Positions 26,945-41,459 of a stretch of DNA of 64,000 nucleotides are shown one piece after another. The stretch is taken from positions 57,040,001 through 57,104,000 of the forward strand of contig OX597827.1 of the NCBI GenBank assembly GCA_951406725.2, read 5' to 3'. The DNA comes from Octopus vulgaris (Eukaryota). The notes under the pieces are model-generated. The model was not told where the DNA came from, made no database searches, and saw only the letters and a program-made list of their open reading frames with translations. Position 1 is the stretch's first letter; each line of letters begins with the position of its first letter. Position numbers and translations under genes: made by a program.

Positions 26945-28070
26945 TAAAGAGGAAAGAAGGAGGACGGGAATCGGTGTGTTGTGAAGGTTGTGTAAGGGAA
27001 AAGGAGAATAGCTTGGCTGGTATGTCAAGGGGAGTAAAGAAGAAATGATTGAAGCAGCGAAAATGCAGGGAACCTTAAAAGTGAACGAAGTCATAGATCC
27101 AACACAATTTAAGAAAGACCAGAGTGAGCAGAAGGAAATTTGGCATGATAAGAAAATGTACAGTCAGTTCTTAAAGAATAAAGATGAGGTTGATTGGAAT
27201 AGAACCTGGCAATGGCCGCAGAAAGGAGATTTAAAAGGGTCCACTGTGGAATTAGTATGCAGCACTCAAAAACAAACTCTTAGAACAAACTGCTCTAAAT
27301 ATCACATTGACAAAAGCACTGACTCGCCACAGTGTAGGATGTGTTCTGAGAAGGGAGAAAGTATTAGCCATATTGTTAGTGAGTACTGTAAGCACAACGC
27401 GAATGCAAAAGGAGACACGACAATGTGGCCAGATATGTTCACTGGTTGTTGTGTGGTAAAGCAAACCTCGAGAGAGCCAAACAACGGTATGAACACAAGC
27501 CAGAGGGAGTAATGGAAAACGAACGTTACAAAATACCCTGGGATTTTAACATGCAGTGCGACCAAGTCATAGAGGCGAGACGACCAGATATCGTGCTCAT
27601 CCATAAAGATGAAAAAGAAGTAAAGATAATAGATTTTGCAATACCAAGCGTTTCGAGGGTGAAATGTAAGGAAACAGAAACGATTGAGTAATACCAGCCA
27701 CTGCGGGACGTGATAGGAAAGTTATGGGGCGTGAGGAAAGTAATGGTGATACTGGTGGTAATTGGAGCATTAGGTTCTAAGGGCTTAGAAAAACATTAAG
27801 TATATTGGAGCTGCTGTCAGGTTCGAAGTGATCGAGAAGACAGCATTGTTGGGTACAGGTCGCATTCTAAGGAGAGTATTGTCCCTTTTAGTCACAGGAG
27901 AAAACATTACTTGAAACCTTTGCTTTCAAGTAAAGAATAACCGGTAATTAAGAAATATTCGAGTCTTTCAGAACAACAACAACAACAACAGCAGCAGCAG
28001 CAGCAACAGCAACAACAACAACAACAATAACAATAATAATAATTATTATTATCATTGTTATTATTATGTA
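26945..28070 (+). mobile_element. R4/Dong-like non-LTR retrotransposon 3' part (zinc knuckle plus restriction-like endonuclease), pseudogenised
   Basis: CRMCSEKGESISHIVSEYC; VHWLLC; WDFNMQCDQVIEARRPDIVLIHKDEKEVKIIDFAIP; VIGALG; (CAA)n(TAA)n tail. Confidence 0.85.
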
Positions 28071-28179
28071 TCTTCGCTCTCAACGATGAACCTCTTATAG
28101 CTATCTCTGATTGACAACTTCAGCATCACCTTTGTTTCAAGTTGCAGTTGAAGCTGAAGTTTTCGTGGTAAACCAAATC

Positions 28180-29460
28180 GAGCACTGGTGTCGATAAAAT
28201 AATATTAGTTGAGCAGTGGAGCCTATAAAATAAGTACCGGCTGAGCACTGGTGTCGATAAAATAAGTACTAGTTGAGCAGTGGAGCCTATAAAATAAGTA
28301 CCGGCTGAGCACTGGTGTCGATAAAATAAGTACTAGTTGAGCAGTGGAGCCTATAAAATAAGTACCGGCTGAGCACTGGTGTCGATAAAATAAGTACTAG
28401 TTGAGCAGTGGAGCCTATAAAATAAGTACCGGCTGAGCACTGGTGTCGATAAAATAAGTACTAGTTGAGCAGTGGAGCCTATAAAATGAGTACCGGCTGA
28501 GCACTGGTGTCGATAAAATAAGTACTAGTTGAGCAGTGGAGCCTATAAAATGAGTACCGGCTGAGCACTGGTGTCGATAAAATAAGTACTAGTTGAGCAG
28601 TGGAGCCTATAAAATAAGTACCGGCTGAGCACTGGTGTCGATAAAATAAGTACTAGTTGAGCAGTGGAGCCTATAAAATGAGTACCGGCTGAGCACTGGT
28701 GTCGATAAAATAAGTACTAGTTGAGCAGTGGAGCCTATAAAATAAGTACCGGCTGAGCACTGGTGTCGATAAAATAAGTACTAGTTGAGCAGTGGAGCCT
28801 ATAAAATAAGTACCGGCTGAGCACTGGTGTCGATAAAATAAGTACTAGTTGAGCAGTGGAGCCTATAAAATGAGTACCGGCTGAGCTCTAGTGTCGATAA
28901 AATAAGTACTAGTTGAGCAGTGGAGCCTATAAAATGAGTACCCGCTGAGCACTGGTGTCGATAAAATAAGTACTAGTTGAGCAGTGGAGCCTATAAAATG
29001 AGTACCGGCTGAGCACTGGTGTCGATAAAATAAGTACTAGTTGAGCAGTGGAGCCTATAAAATAAGTACCGGCTGAGCACTGGTGTCGATAAAATAATAC
29101 TAGTTGAGCAGTGGAGCCTATAAAATAAGTACCGGCTGAGCACTGGTGTCGATAAAATAAGTACTAGTTGAGCAGTGGAGCCTATAAAATAAGTACCGGC
29201 TGAGCACTGGTGTCGATAAAATAAGTACTAGTTGAGCAGTGGAGCCTATAAAATAAGTACCGGCTGAGCACTGGTGTCGATAAAATAATACTAGTTGAGC
29301 AGTGGAGCCTATAAAATAAGTACCGGCTGAGCACTGGTGTCGATAAAATCAGTGCTAGTTGAGCAGTGGAGCCTATAAAATAAGCCCGGCTGAGTACTGG
29401 TGCCGATAAAATAAGTACTAGTTGAGCATAAGTACCAGTTGAGCACCGGTGTCGATGTAG
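28180..29460 (+). repeat. 64-bp (2 x 32) tandem satellite, ~19-20 units
   Basis: GAGCACTGGTGTCGATAAAATAAGTACTAGTT + GAGCAGTGGAGCCTATAAAATAAGTACCGGCT, restarts at 28243, 28307 and onward. Confidence 0.95.
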
Positions 29461-29982
29461 TCAAATTACCTCCTCTCCCGAACTTGCTGGTTTTGTGCCA
29501 GAATTTGAAACCATTATTTTGATCTTCACTGCTTTTACGTGCCCATGGTAATTTATTACGTAAGAGACATCCTTAACTATTATTTCATCTTTTATGGAAA
29601 TGTCAAATGGGATTATTTAAGTGATAATTTATGCCATGACTTTCATAAGTAGACAAAAGTTATTACGTTAATTAAATTAAAGTTTTGTATTAATACCATA
29701 TAATTTACTATATTATCGTGTAATCAAGATAGCTAAACAAATGCTGTCGCATGTTTTCTATGCAAACAATGCTATTTACTGATCGAAAGAATAAATTTTA
29801 AATAAAGTATCGTCTGTTAATGGATTAGTTCGGGTACCAATATCGTTAACGATAAACTATTACAGAGTATCTTTCCTCACAGCTTTCTGTAAATGCTTCT
29901 TCATCAAAAAAAAAACCCCCAAAAAACAGAAGCTCACCAACAGCCGTTCTTCACCCAGTGGCTTACTTATATATATATATTA

Positions 29983-30308
29983 GGACCCCCTTCGGTCATG
30001 AATGACCATGGGATTGCACCTAGAAAGTTACCCTCCTAGACACAAGTCCGGGCAAGGTTGTTTATGGAAGACCAGCAGTCGCCCATGCATACCAGCCTCC
30101 CCTCTCCACGCCACCAGTGTTATCCAAGGGAAAGACAAAGGTCGATACAGCTTGGCACCAGTGACGTCGCAACTCATTTCTACAGCTGAGTGAACTGGAG
30201 CAACGTGAAATAAAGTGCCTTGCTCAAGAACACAACACGCAGCCCGGTCCGGGATTCGAGCTCACAACCTCACGATCGTAAGCTCGACGCTCTAACCACT
30301 GAGCCATG
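29983..30308 (-). mobile_element. tRNA-derived SINE (family B2; also 4865-5130 and 8405-8620)
   Basis: GCATGGCTCAGTGGTTAGAG head, TTGAGCAAGGCACTTTATTTCAC body. Confidence 0.8.
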
Positions 30309-30334
30309 CTCTAACCACTGAGCCATTTATATGA

Positions 30335-30842
<508 letters not shown>

Positions 30843-30845
<3 letters not shown>

Positions 30846-31062
30846 TAATGAATAAAACATATGCATATATACATACATATATGTACGTACCTACCTCTAC
30901 ATGTATATATACATGCATATGGGTACAGGACACAAAAAAATATGCATGTATATATACATGTAGAGGCAGGTACGTACATATATGTATGTATATATGCATA
31001 TGTTTTATTTATTAATTTATTATATGACGGAACGCACGCATCCATTTCTAAGTAAGATTGTT

Positions 31063-31105
<43 letters not shown>

Positions 31106-31460
31106 TAAATAAAACATATGTATATATATAAACATATATGTACGAACCTACCTCTACATGTATATATACACGCATATATGAGTACAGGACACAAAAAAAA
31201 AACGTCGAACACAATGAGAAACGAAAACATAGACACAATCCAAGGAACTGGACATTTTTTTAAACAATAAAAAAATAGAGTACAGGACAATTAACACAAA
31301 GAAAAAAACCCCTTCTTCAGTCGCCATGGTTTCATCTACTCTACGTTTCGAAGGTGAAGGCGAGACGTATCTTCGAATAAGAAACTTTCCTTCCTGCGAA
31401 AAGCAAATCAATTAAAATCTGAGATCTTTTTGCAGAGGGGTAAAAATGGTAACAAAAACA

Positions 31461-31465
<5 letters not shown>
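30843..31465. mobile_element. Two PLE-like terminal fragments in (TA)n (fold-back 30843-31066; minus copy 31100-31465)
   Basis: Same family as 45410-45895; GACGGAACGCACGCATCC..TAAGATTGTTC tail. Confidence 0.65.
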
Positions 31466-31513
<48 letters not shown>

Positions 31514-31664
31514 AATTAAGGACTGAACACGAAAAGTGGACAGTCAACATGCTAGATATAGACGTCAAATCGCCATTCTCCACAAAAAGTCTATGTTCTC
31601 AGATCAAACTCAACACCAAACCAAAACAATAAACAAGTGAAAAATATACGAAATAAATATTTAC

Positions 31665-31730
31665 CCATGTACTAAATTCAGTTTCGGCTGTTATTTTCCG
31701 CAAGGAAAAGTGCAGCCATCATCAGCATGG
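31665..31730 (-). ncRNA. Type I hammerhead ribozyme
   Basis: CCATG-CTGATGA-T-GGCTG...CAGCC-GAAAC-TGAATTTA-GTA-CATGG on minus. Confidence 0.8.
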
Positions 31731-32534
31731 TCCCATATAAAATGTAATTTTATATATATATATATTTTATATATATATATATATAATTATATATATATAT
31801 ATATGTGCTGATGCGAGAGACCTATGATCAAAGTGTTTCAGTAACTATCATCCCATCTTATTTTAAGGTGATATGTCAAGAGCTACAATATCCCATGTCT
31901 CATTTATTTAGCTTGAGGCTTGAGAAAAATTTGGCTGCTACTTTTGGCAAGTATTGCGACCACGTACAAGCTCTTTTTTTTGGCTCTTGACAGCTTATTT
32001 TGAACACTATTTAGAGACAAATTGAAAACAGAATTTGGGAGATTTGGATTAAGTTTCAGGTTTCAGAGTTAAGCAAACATTTACTCAAGACAATGCAAAA
32101 TTGATTTCAAATTTTGGCACAAGACCAGTACGTTTGGGGGAAAGGGTAAGAGGTAAGTCAATTACATCGACCTCAGTGCTCAACTAATATTTATTTTATC
32201 GAACTAGAAGGAGGAAAGACAAAGTCGACCTCTGCGGAATTTGTACTCAATACGAAAAGACGGACGAAATGCAGCTGAACATTTTACTCGGAGTGCTAAC
32301 GTTTCTGTCAGCTCACCATCTTTATACAATTCAAGATTGAAGTCAAAATATTTACATGTGCATTCATGGGAGTGTAGTTAAGAAGTTCGCCTCGCAGATG
32401 ATTTCGGGTTCAGTGCCAATTCGCAGTACCTTAGGCAAATGTCTTCTAGGATAGCCTCAGGAGGACCAATGCCTTGTAGCTGACTTCTATAGAGGGGAGA
32501 CTTATGGAATTCCTTCATATGTAAGTATGTACGT

Positions 32535-32632
<98 letters not shown>

Positions 32633-33126
32633 GTGTGTGACTTAGTGCTTAGAATGTATACTCTGCTGTAAACGAACAACACTGCGACAGACTAGAGTTC
32701 CGTTCTGGGAAAATGCCGGTCTGCTCGCCAAGCTAGTGAGATGGTATCATTTGAGAGTGAAAGCAATGCGAGGAATAGCATTGTGACCAGCGGTATTTTA
32801 CGACAGCTGATTGTCCGGACACCTGTTGTTAATGTCCTGTTGTTTACATTTGTATTTGTGTACCGTTTCTCCGTTTTTTCCCGTCCTTGTTGTCGCATAC
32901 ATTCCAAGGAATCTAGCGCTCTTAGCTTAGATTTTGCTTGGTGCTGGCCAGATTGGAGCAGTCTCGAGTATTACCAGCTGAAACTGTAAAGGTAATCTGG
33001 AACTCGACTGACGAAAGAAAACTCCGAGTGACCCATCCTTGTTTTTTCATGTCCTTTTTTGTATCATCTAAATGTCTGGATGTTTTGTTGTCGCCTGTTG
33101 CGTTCTTGGCCCACTTTTTGTATTCT

Positions 33127-33214
<88 letters not shown>

Positions 33215-33216
<2 letters not shown>

Positions 33217-33525
33217 GATAAACGTCGCCCTTTTCAAGCCTAGCCAGGCCCATGGGCCCGGTTTCCAGGTTTCTGTGGCGTATGTGTTCCCCCAGCTAGA
33301 CGGGACGCCAGTCCTTCGGAGCGTTACTCAAGAAACAGGAAGAGAGAGTGAGAGAAAGTTGCGTCGAAACAGTACAACAGGGATCGCCCCCCACCTGTCG
33401 GAGCCTCGTGGAGCTTTTAGGTGTTTTCGCTCAATAAACACACAGAACGCCCGGCCTGGGAATCGAAACCACAATCCTCTGACCGCGAGTCCGTTGCTCT
33501 AACTACTGGGCCATTGAACCTCCAC
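33215..33525 (-). mobile_element. SINE family B (alternative tail; also 19770-20020 and 56731-57040)
   Basis: Family B head with CTTGAGTAACGC..GCTAGGCTTGAAAAGGG tail. Confidence 0.8.
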
Positions 33526-33560
33526 ACACAGGACATACTTCCCTGATACACACACACACA

Positions 33561-33630
<70 letters not shown>

Positions 33631-34959
33631 TATGAGACATGTTTCCATTTTTTTCAACCATTAGAGTAACTTGAGATATATGAACAGAAAGCTTTATATT
33701 GCTTATGAAACCTGTGAAACAAAGGCTATGTAAATGTCTGAAAACAAATTTATGAAAATGCTTTGGACAAGCAGAGGGTTAATCGACTAATATCCCTCTC
33801 ACTTATCCAAACCCCTGTGCCTATGTTAAAAATCAATATTTACTGTCCATCTGCCTCCTACAATTAATTCCTCGTTATAAGGATTTCTTCCTGACAAAAA
33901 TAACTGAAGTTGACTGACAATAATTATTGCTAGCTGACTAAACTAAGACTTTGCTGTTGTGTTTTCGCTCTTTCCTTCTAACCACATATTATTTTAATAT
34001 GTGAATAATTTCTTTTAATTCAAATAACTGGATAATTTTCTCTCCCAATGTAAACACTCAACGGCAAAAAACATTAATTACCATCGAAAGAAAGCGAAAA
34101 GCAAAACAACTAAGTAAAATGAATATAGGCAAATGAGTATAAAAGAAAGAATAACATAAAGGTAAAAATATTGATTATTTTAATGACTATATCAAAAATA
34201 GATATTAAAAAAATGGTTAAAATGTTCCTACGGGTATGTGAGTGACAAAGTCAATCAGATTTTCTACTGGTATATCAATTTAGTTTCCATGCATATTTCA
34301 CAAAAATTCCTCCTTCCAACTAAGAGAAAAAAAAACCCATTGCACTTCAGAGTATTTAAAGATTATATGTTTCTTTATTATCCACAAGGGGCTAAACATA
34401 GAGGGGACAAACAAGGACAGACAAACGGATTAAGTCGATTACATCGACCCCAGTGCGTAACTGGTACTTAATTTATCGACTCCGAAAGGATGAAAGGCAA
34501 AGTCGACCTCGGCAGAATTTTGAACTCAGAACGTAACGACAGACGAAATACGGCCACGCATTTCGCCCGGCGTGCTAACGATTCTGCCAGCTCTCCGCCT
34601 TCATTTCAGAGTATTTAAAGATTATAATATTGCCGGTGTTATTGAACTGGTAGAATCGTTAGTACATCGAGCAAAATGTCTTAGCGGTAATTCTTCCAGG
34701 TCTCTATTCTCTGAGTTCAAATTCCGCCGAGCTGAACTTTGCCTTTCATCCTTTCGCGGTCGACACAATAAGTACCAGGCTAGATTTTATCAACATACTC
34801 AATCATTCAAGAATTCGGATAATATATTTTCGCTGAGATTGTATAAATATATTCGAATTTTTAAAGAAACAGGTGCCGTTACGTTTAAAAGTATAGTACT
34901 GTATTACTTACTATGTGGTCATGATAATTTTTGCAGGATTCAGTGTTTGAATTATGCAT

Positions 34960-35250
34960 GAGAAGTTCCGTTGTTAAAGTGGAACTTCTATCGTCCCCAT
35001 TGCCCGACTGGTAGAGGGTGGCGAGTGTCTGATGACGCTCAAAGTGCCAGGCGCCCAATTTTGATCTTTTGTTGACCCAGGACTGCAGCCCCCTCGAAAG
35101 GGGAAGCGTGCCTGATAAACGAGGATCACACTGGTTCACAGCCCAGGAAAATGTCCAGTTGCACGTTAGCATCCATGGCATGTCAAGTCCACCTTGTTGA
35201 GGGCACTGACAATTGCCTAACCTGCGAAATGTATCCCTTTCACAGGACAT
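34960..35250 (-). mobile_element. Tx1/L1-like LINE fragment
   Basis: CQCPQQGGLDMPWML resembles the post-RT GGLGxP motif. Confidence 0.45.
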
Positions 35251-35369
35251 GAAAAAGTAGAGACAAATATTATTCCTTTATTTGTCGCAAGGGACATGCA
35301 CGTGGGTATATAACAGGCAGAATAATTTCAATCATAACCATTATAAATATCAAATTAAGGTAACAAAGA

Positions 35370-35579
35370 CAACGTTGACAACAATGGTGTTGCTATTGTT
35401 GTTGATGCGGATGATGTTAAGGATGATGATGACAACGACGACGACAGCGATGATGATGGTTGTGTGAATAATAGCTATGCCGAAAAAATAATACATGGCT
35501 GCAACTGCAGCAACAACAACAAAAGCACAACAACAACAACTACAACAACAATAGTAATGATGATGATGGTGATGATGAC

Positions 35580-35618
<39 letters not shown>

Positions 35619-36105
35619 AATAATAATAATAACAATAAAGATTATTTATCAGAAGATCGACTGATGAAGGAAACGTTATTACAAAGGCAAGCTAAATATA
35701 TACAAATATGAAAGAAAACACACAAAAAAACAGGTGGTGGGATTTTATGCTGAATCGATTATACGTATATAAAAAGAGGCACGGAAAAACAAATATAAAC
35801 ACTTTATTAATGTTTGTAACATCGATACTAATAACAACGATGATGAATATGATGCTGATGTTGATGATGATGATGATGATGATGATGATGCTGATGATGA
35901 CGACGACGACGATAACGATGATGATGATGATGACGACGATGATGATGATAATGACAGCGATGACAACGATGATAGTGGTGGTTGTGGTGGTGGTGGTTAT
36001 GGTGATGAGGATAGTGATGATGAGGACGATGATGACAACGATGACAACGGTGGCAGTGGTGGTGGTGGTAATTATGGCGTTGATGATGATGACAAAGATG
36101 AAAAC

Positions 36106-36143
<38 letters not shown>

Positions 36144-36220
36144 GGATGATGACGATGATGACAATGATGGTGGTGATGATGATGATGATTGCAAAGATTA
36201 TGATGATGATAATGATGATC
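35370..36220. repeat. Compound (GAT/GAC/GGT)n microsatellite field
   Basis: Direct observation. Confidence 0.9.
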
Positions 36221-36719
36221 GTAGATACAGAATCGATAGAAATATTGAAACAGTCACATTAAAAAAAAAAAAAAAAATCCCAGCATATCTTCATTAAACA
36301 GGATGATCTTGGAAAAATGGAAGATTTTTGCGAAGCATGGTATTGACTAAGTTTAATACCGCTGCCGAACCAAGTTCCAAGTCTATTGTTCTGCACAGCT
36401 GAATCCATTCTTAATAAAGAAAGTGGTTTATTCATGTAGAATCAAAACGATGTAACAAAGCATTGGCAATAGTGATGGTGGCAGTTGTTGGCAGCCAGCA
36501 GTGTCGATGGCGAATACACGACAGAAAAGAAGAAGAAGAAGAAGAAGAAGAAGAAGAAGAAGAAGAAGAAGAAGAAGAAGAAAAGGAAAAAAAGAAAGAA
36601 GAAAAGGAGAAAAAGAGAAGAAAGATTTCTCTAAGATTCGTTCCAACCATTATTTCATTATTCTTGATATAAAGAATTTCCTTTAGAGAAATAGACGAAA
36701 CAAAAAGTAAAGAAAACGA

Positions 36720-36791
<72 letters not shown>

Positions 36792-37224
36792 AAATGAAAT
36801 CGAGAGAAGGTTTAATGATTTTCCTTTCATTCTCATTTCGTTTATGCCTTACCACGGAAATTTTTGTTTCCTCGTTAATATTAACACATTCATTATCCCT
36901 CATCATCTCCATGTTGTTTTTTTTTAACTTCTCGTAGACACAGAAAAAGGTTATTTACGAGCTATCTACACGTTTGTCTGTTTGTCGTGATAGTTTGTAA
37001 TTTGGATGCGCTAAGGCGACCCGAGCTATAGCAGAAGACACTTTCCCAAGACACTTGCAGCAGGACTGAACCCGAAACCACGTGGTTACAAAACGAGTTT
37101 CATAGCCACACAACCATCTACACTGTATTTTCCTCCGTTACGAGTTCATCATCTTGTTTCTTTCAGCATATAAGAAAAAGCAATCTTGTATGTAATGCTT
37201 TAATTGTTTAATACTAACATTGGT

Positions 37225-38135
37225 TCCACATTTTGGTACAAAGCCAACAATTTCGGGAAGGGCTAAGTTAATTACATCGACACCAGTGTTCAACTGGTAT
37301 TTATTCTATCGGCCCTCGAAAGGATGAAAGTTAAGTCGACCTCGGCGGAATTTGAATTCAGAACGTAAAGACGGACGACATTCCGCCCGACGTGCTAACG
37401 ATTCTTATTTCTTTACTGCCCACAAGGGGCTAAACACAGAAGGGACAAACAAGGACAGACAAACGGATTAAGTCGATTATATCGATCCCAATACGTAACT
37501 GGTACTTATTTAATCGAACCCGAAAGGATGAAAGGCTAAGTCGACCTCGGCGGAATTTGAAGTTAGAACGTAAAAACGGACGACATTCCGCTAAACATTT
37601 TGCCCGGCGTGCTAACGATTCTGCTAGTTCGCCGCCTTATACATAACACTAATATTTACTTCAAATGTTGGCACAAGATCAGCAATTTTGTGGGGAGGGG
37701 TAAGTCAATTGCATCAACCTCAGTGCTCAACTGGTACTTATTTTATCGATCCCAAAAGAATGAAAGATAAAGTCGACCCTGGAAGCATTTGAACTCAGAA
37801 CGTAAAGACGGACGAAATGCCACTAACCATTATTGCCCGGCGTGCTAATGATTCAGCTAACTCGCCGCTTAAAGCATAGCACTAATATTAATTTATATTA
37901 ATATTATTCTATTCTATTCTATTCTAGACACAAGGCCCGAAACTTTGAGGGAGGAGGCTAGTCGATTATATCGAACCTAGTGCGTAACTGGTACTTAATT
38001 TATCGACCCCGAAAGGATGAAAGGCAAAGTCGACCTCGGCGGAATTTGAACTCACAACGTAAATCCAGATGAAATGCATTATTGCTCAGCGTGCTAATGA
38101 TTCAGCTAACTCGCCGCCTAATGCATAACGCTAAT
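37225..38135 (-). mobile_element. Head-to-tail cluster of four SINE family C copies
   Basis: Repeated core; three copies end in a related CATAACACTAATATT flank. Confidence 0.8.
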
Positions 38136-39984
38136 ATTAATTTAATAAAATAATATTATGATATTAATTATTAATTTAATATAATATTAATTTAACATTA
38201 GTCGCCTCACAAATCAACGTTCAAATGAATAAGTCTAACCAGAGTACTGTGAATAATGATTTAATATTTATTTTCACCCTAATATTTTCTCCTGGAGTAC
38301 TCAAATTTGTTTTCAGAATTCTGTAATCTGCAATTTTAAAAATCCCTGTTTTTTCTTGTAAGTGTAAAACTAAATAAGAATTTCAAATTTTGGCACAAGG
38401 CCAGAAATCTCAGGTGTGGGTATAAATCGATCACATCGATCTCAGTGCTCAGCTGGTACTTATTTTATCGACTCCAAATGTATGAAAAGCAAAGTCGACT
38501 TCGGAAGAATTTGGACTCAGAACGTAAAGACGCACGGCTTGCCATCGATTCTGTCAGCTCGCTGCCTTCTTAAATCTAAATATTATACCTAATATAACAT
38601 AATACACTAATGAGAGAACCACATTGCAGTCACTGTAACTGCCAGAAATAGGTCCCAAACCTACTTCAGTCACACCCTCCCATCATATATAAGGACAGGT
38701 CATATTGGATAACGTTGTCTTTAATAGCTTTAAAGGTATGGGGGTGATTATAGTTAGAATGCTTTTGATCAAGAAAATAGTTAATTTAATGCATATACTT
38801 CATGTCCAACAAACGACTCTTGGTTGAATTTTCTCGCTCCCAATTAGGGACTTTTCTTTGTAGAGAGGCTTCTGCCTAGATTCAAAACTATCTCACTCAT
38901 ATTTGTTGTTTAGAACCATCGCCTTGTTATGTTTCCATAGAAAGCAGGAGGACTAGCAACGAGAACTTAACTATATTACCATGAAAGGCATCAATGCCTG
39001 CCAATCAATATCAGTTGACATGCAACAGGCAAGACGGTAAACTTTAAAAAGAAAGTTGTGAGAAATTCCAGCCAAATTATATTCCCGAACGTTCTAAAAG
39101 CTTTGCTCAAGGATATAAAAAGCTAAGAGTATTATATTCCAAGATAGAGTCCCTCCAGATGCTGCACGCTACTCTGTCGCTCAATTCCGTGAAAGGCGTT
39201 CTCAGTTTTTTCTTCTTTTGCGTAACATCTTTTGCATATCATGGTCGGCAAAAGATAATCAACTTTGGGTTGTAATGCCGACATACCGTAACTGATGGCA
39301 TACAAAACACACTATTCCCCCAGTCTTCAAATATTTAAAAATGCCAATCCGCATCTTATGTGCAAAATATATTTAATGCACCAAATGTATTTTTCTCGAA
39401 TACGCGCTACTGAAAACGGAGTACATCTAATATACCCATGCATTTTTTATACCATCAAATACGGCATTTATCTATATACATACAAATATTTCCCCATATA
39501 ATTGTCCTCTGCTGTTTATAATTATTATGAACAATTATCACATAACAGTATGAAGTAAAGCATTATTTCTGTCTTATGCATTTTAAACTTTTAAATATCA
39601 CATACACGATAACACGTTTTTCAATACAATTAATTCAGTGTATATATATTAATACAACTGTTTAAAATAATAACTGACACTCCGTCGGTTACAACGACGA
39701 GGGTTCCGATTGATCCGGTTAACGGAACAGCCTACTCGTGAAATTAACGTGCAAATGGCTGAGTACTCCAGAAACAAGTGTACCTTTAATGTAGTTCTCA
39801 GGGAAATTCAGTGATACAGAATGTGATAAAACTGGTCGTTTGAAATACATGCACTACTCACATTTGCCAACTGTGTGGACTGAAGCAAAATGAAATAAAG
39901 TGTCTTGCTTAAGGACACAACGCGTCACTGGGTTTCGAACTCACAACTTGCGCATTTAAAATAATAAATATATGGAAATCCATC

Positions 39985-40400
39985 CATTCCTCTATCTTCT
40001 CTGTCCACTATTCCCGGGAGAGTCGTAGAGGTATCCCCCACACAGTCCTCCATACAGTACTATCAGAAGCAACTGTCATTACACTTTCCAGTTGAATTCC
40101 CAAGCGTGACCAACTGAGACTAGGGAGATTATTCAACCATCTCATTCTTGGTCTATGCCTAGGTCTCTTACCGGTTAGAATTGAAGAATCCGTCTTGCAA
40201 TTCTTTTTCTGTGACATTCTAATCCCATGTCCCTAGTACCAGTGCCGTGACCTCTCAGTGTGGAGAGGTAACGTCTTTACCTGGAGAGACTCTCTGATCT
40301 TCGAGTTATGCACCCTGTCGAGTAACGTTACTCCAGAGACCCTTCGGATGAAAGCCTATTTCAGCCGCTTGTATTTGTGCATTCGTTATCATAATCTTTC
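39985..40400 (-). mobile_element. RTE LINE 3' remnant
   Basis: GKRPRHRPRMRWLNNL..LGI..VASDSTVWR. Confidence 0.65.
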
Positions 40401-41106
40401 GGTTATTAACCAATACCCACGAAAATCAAATTTAAGATATATGGAAATGCAATACATTGTTGGGTAATTCACGTTTTAGAACGCAGCATCTTACCTCTAC
40501 CTAATTACCATGACCAACCACCCCTCCTTACAGCTTGAAACATCCAGTTCTCTTGTATATCAACAGCAGGCGAACTCATCCAAAATATCCTGAATTATTT
40601 TAGGATTCAAAAGTTTCGTCTTCTAATGATAAAAATCTAAGACAAAGAAGCACTTAAAAAAACACTTGAAACCAATATTTTCTGAAGATATTCATTATTT
40701 CAGTTGATACAGTTCCTTCGCCTCACACTTCTCATTTTCCATGGTTTTAATCATATCACGCACCGAAAGTATTTCATTCATTGGTCGTTTTTTCCCCCCC
40801 AACTCCCTTTTCCCCTTTTCTTTTTATCTTTCATTTGTGTTTTCCAATTTATTTTCTGCTGAAAGAAGCATTTCTGGAAGTTTTCTATAGTTAATAATTG
40901 TTATTATTGTATCAATGATTCAAAATTATTCCCTCAAAAGTGCTGGGCTCGTGCCTAATTTAGAAACTATCATCGTCATCATCATCATCATTATTATTTT
41001 ATCATTATTTTATTTTTGTTGTTGTTGTTGCTTCTGATGTGTTTTTTGTTGCTTTTATAATTTCTAACACAAGCACAACAGCCGAAATTTGGAGGAGGGG
41101 TTAGTC

Positions 41107-41196
41107 CAGTGGTTCCCAACCTGGGATCCGCGGACCCCTGGTGGTCAGTAAAAGTAGTACTGAGGGTCCGTGAACTAAATTTAAAATTTTATATAT

Positions 41197-41240
<44 letters not shown>

Positions 41241-41374
41241 ATATATATATATATATATACGCACACACACACATAAGGATAAGCATATTAAAAGGGGTCC
41301 GTGGGAAAACTCATTTGAATAAAAGAGTAGGGAAACACTGTTGGGAACCACAGGGAAGAGACCGGGAACCGTTA
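41107..41374. mobile_element. hAT (Charlie-type) MITE with 8-bp TSD
   Basis: CAGTGGTTCCCAAC terminus; GGTTAGTC duplicated at 41099-41106 and 41375-41382. Confidence 0.8.
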
Positions 41375-41459
41375 GGTTAGTCGATTAGATCAATACCATT
41401 ACGTGACCGATACTTCATTTTACCAAAACTAGTGATTTTGTCAATCCACAGCCCGGCAT

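Noticed and set aside
28180-29460. CRISPR-like array of ~32-bp repeats
   Set aside because: The intervening 32-mers are near-identical rather than unique spacers, there are no cas genes, and the unit is SINE-derived
35708-36262. 184-aa Met/Thr-rich ORF and the many [12 protein letters not shown] and poly-residue ORFs
   Set aside because: Translations of microsatellites
39100-39300. Host exon on minus (ICKRCYAKEEKTENAF)
   Set aside because: More like a decayed LINE zinc-binding segment; too weak to annotate
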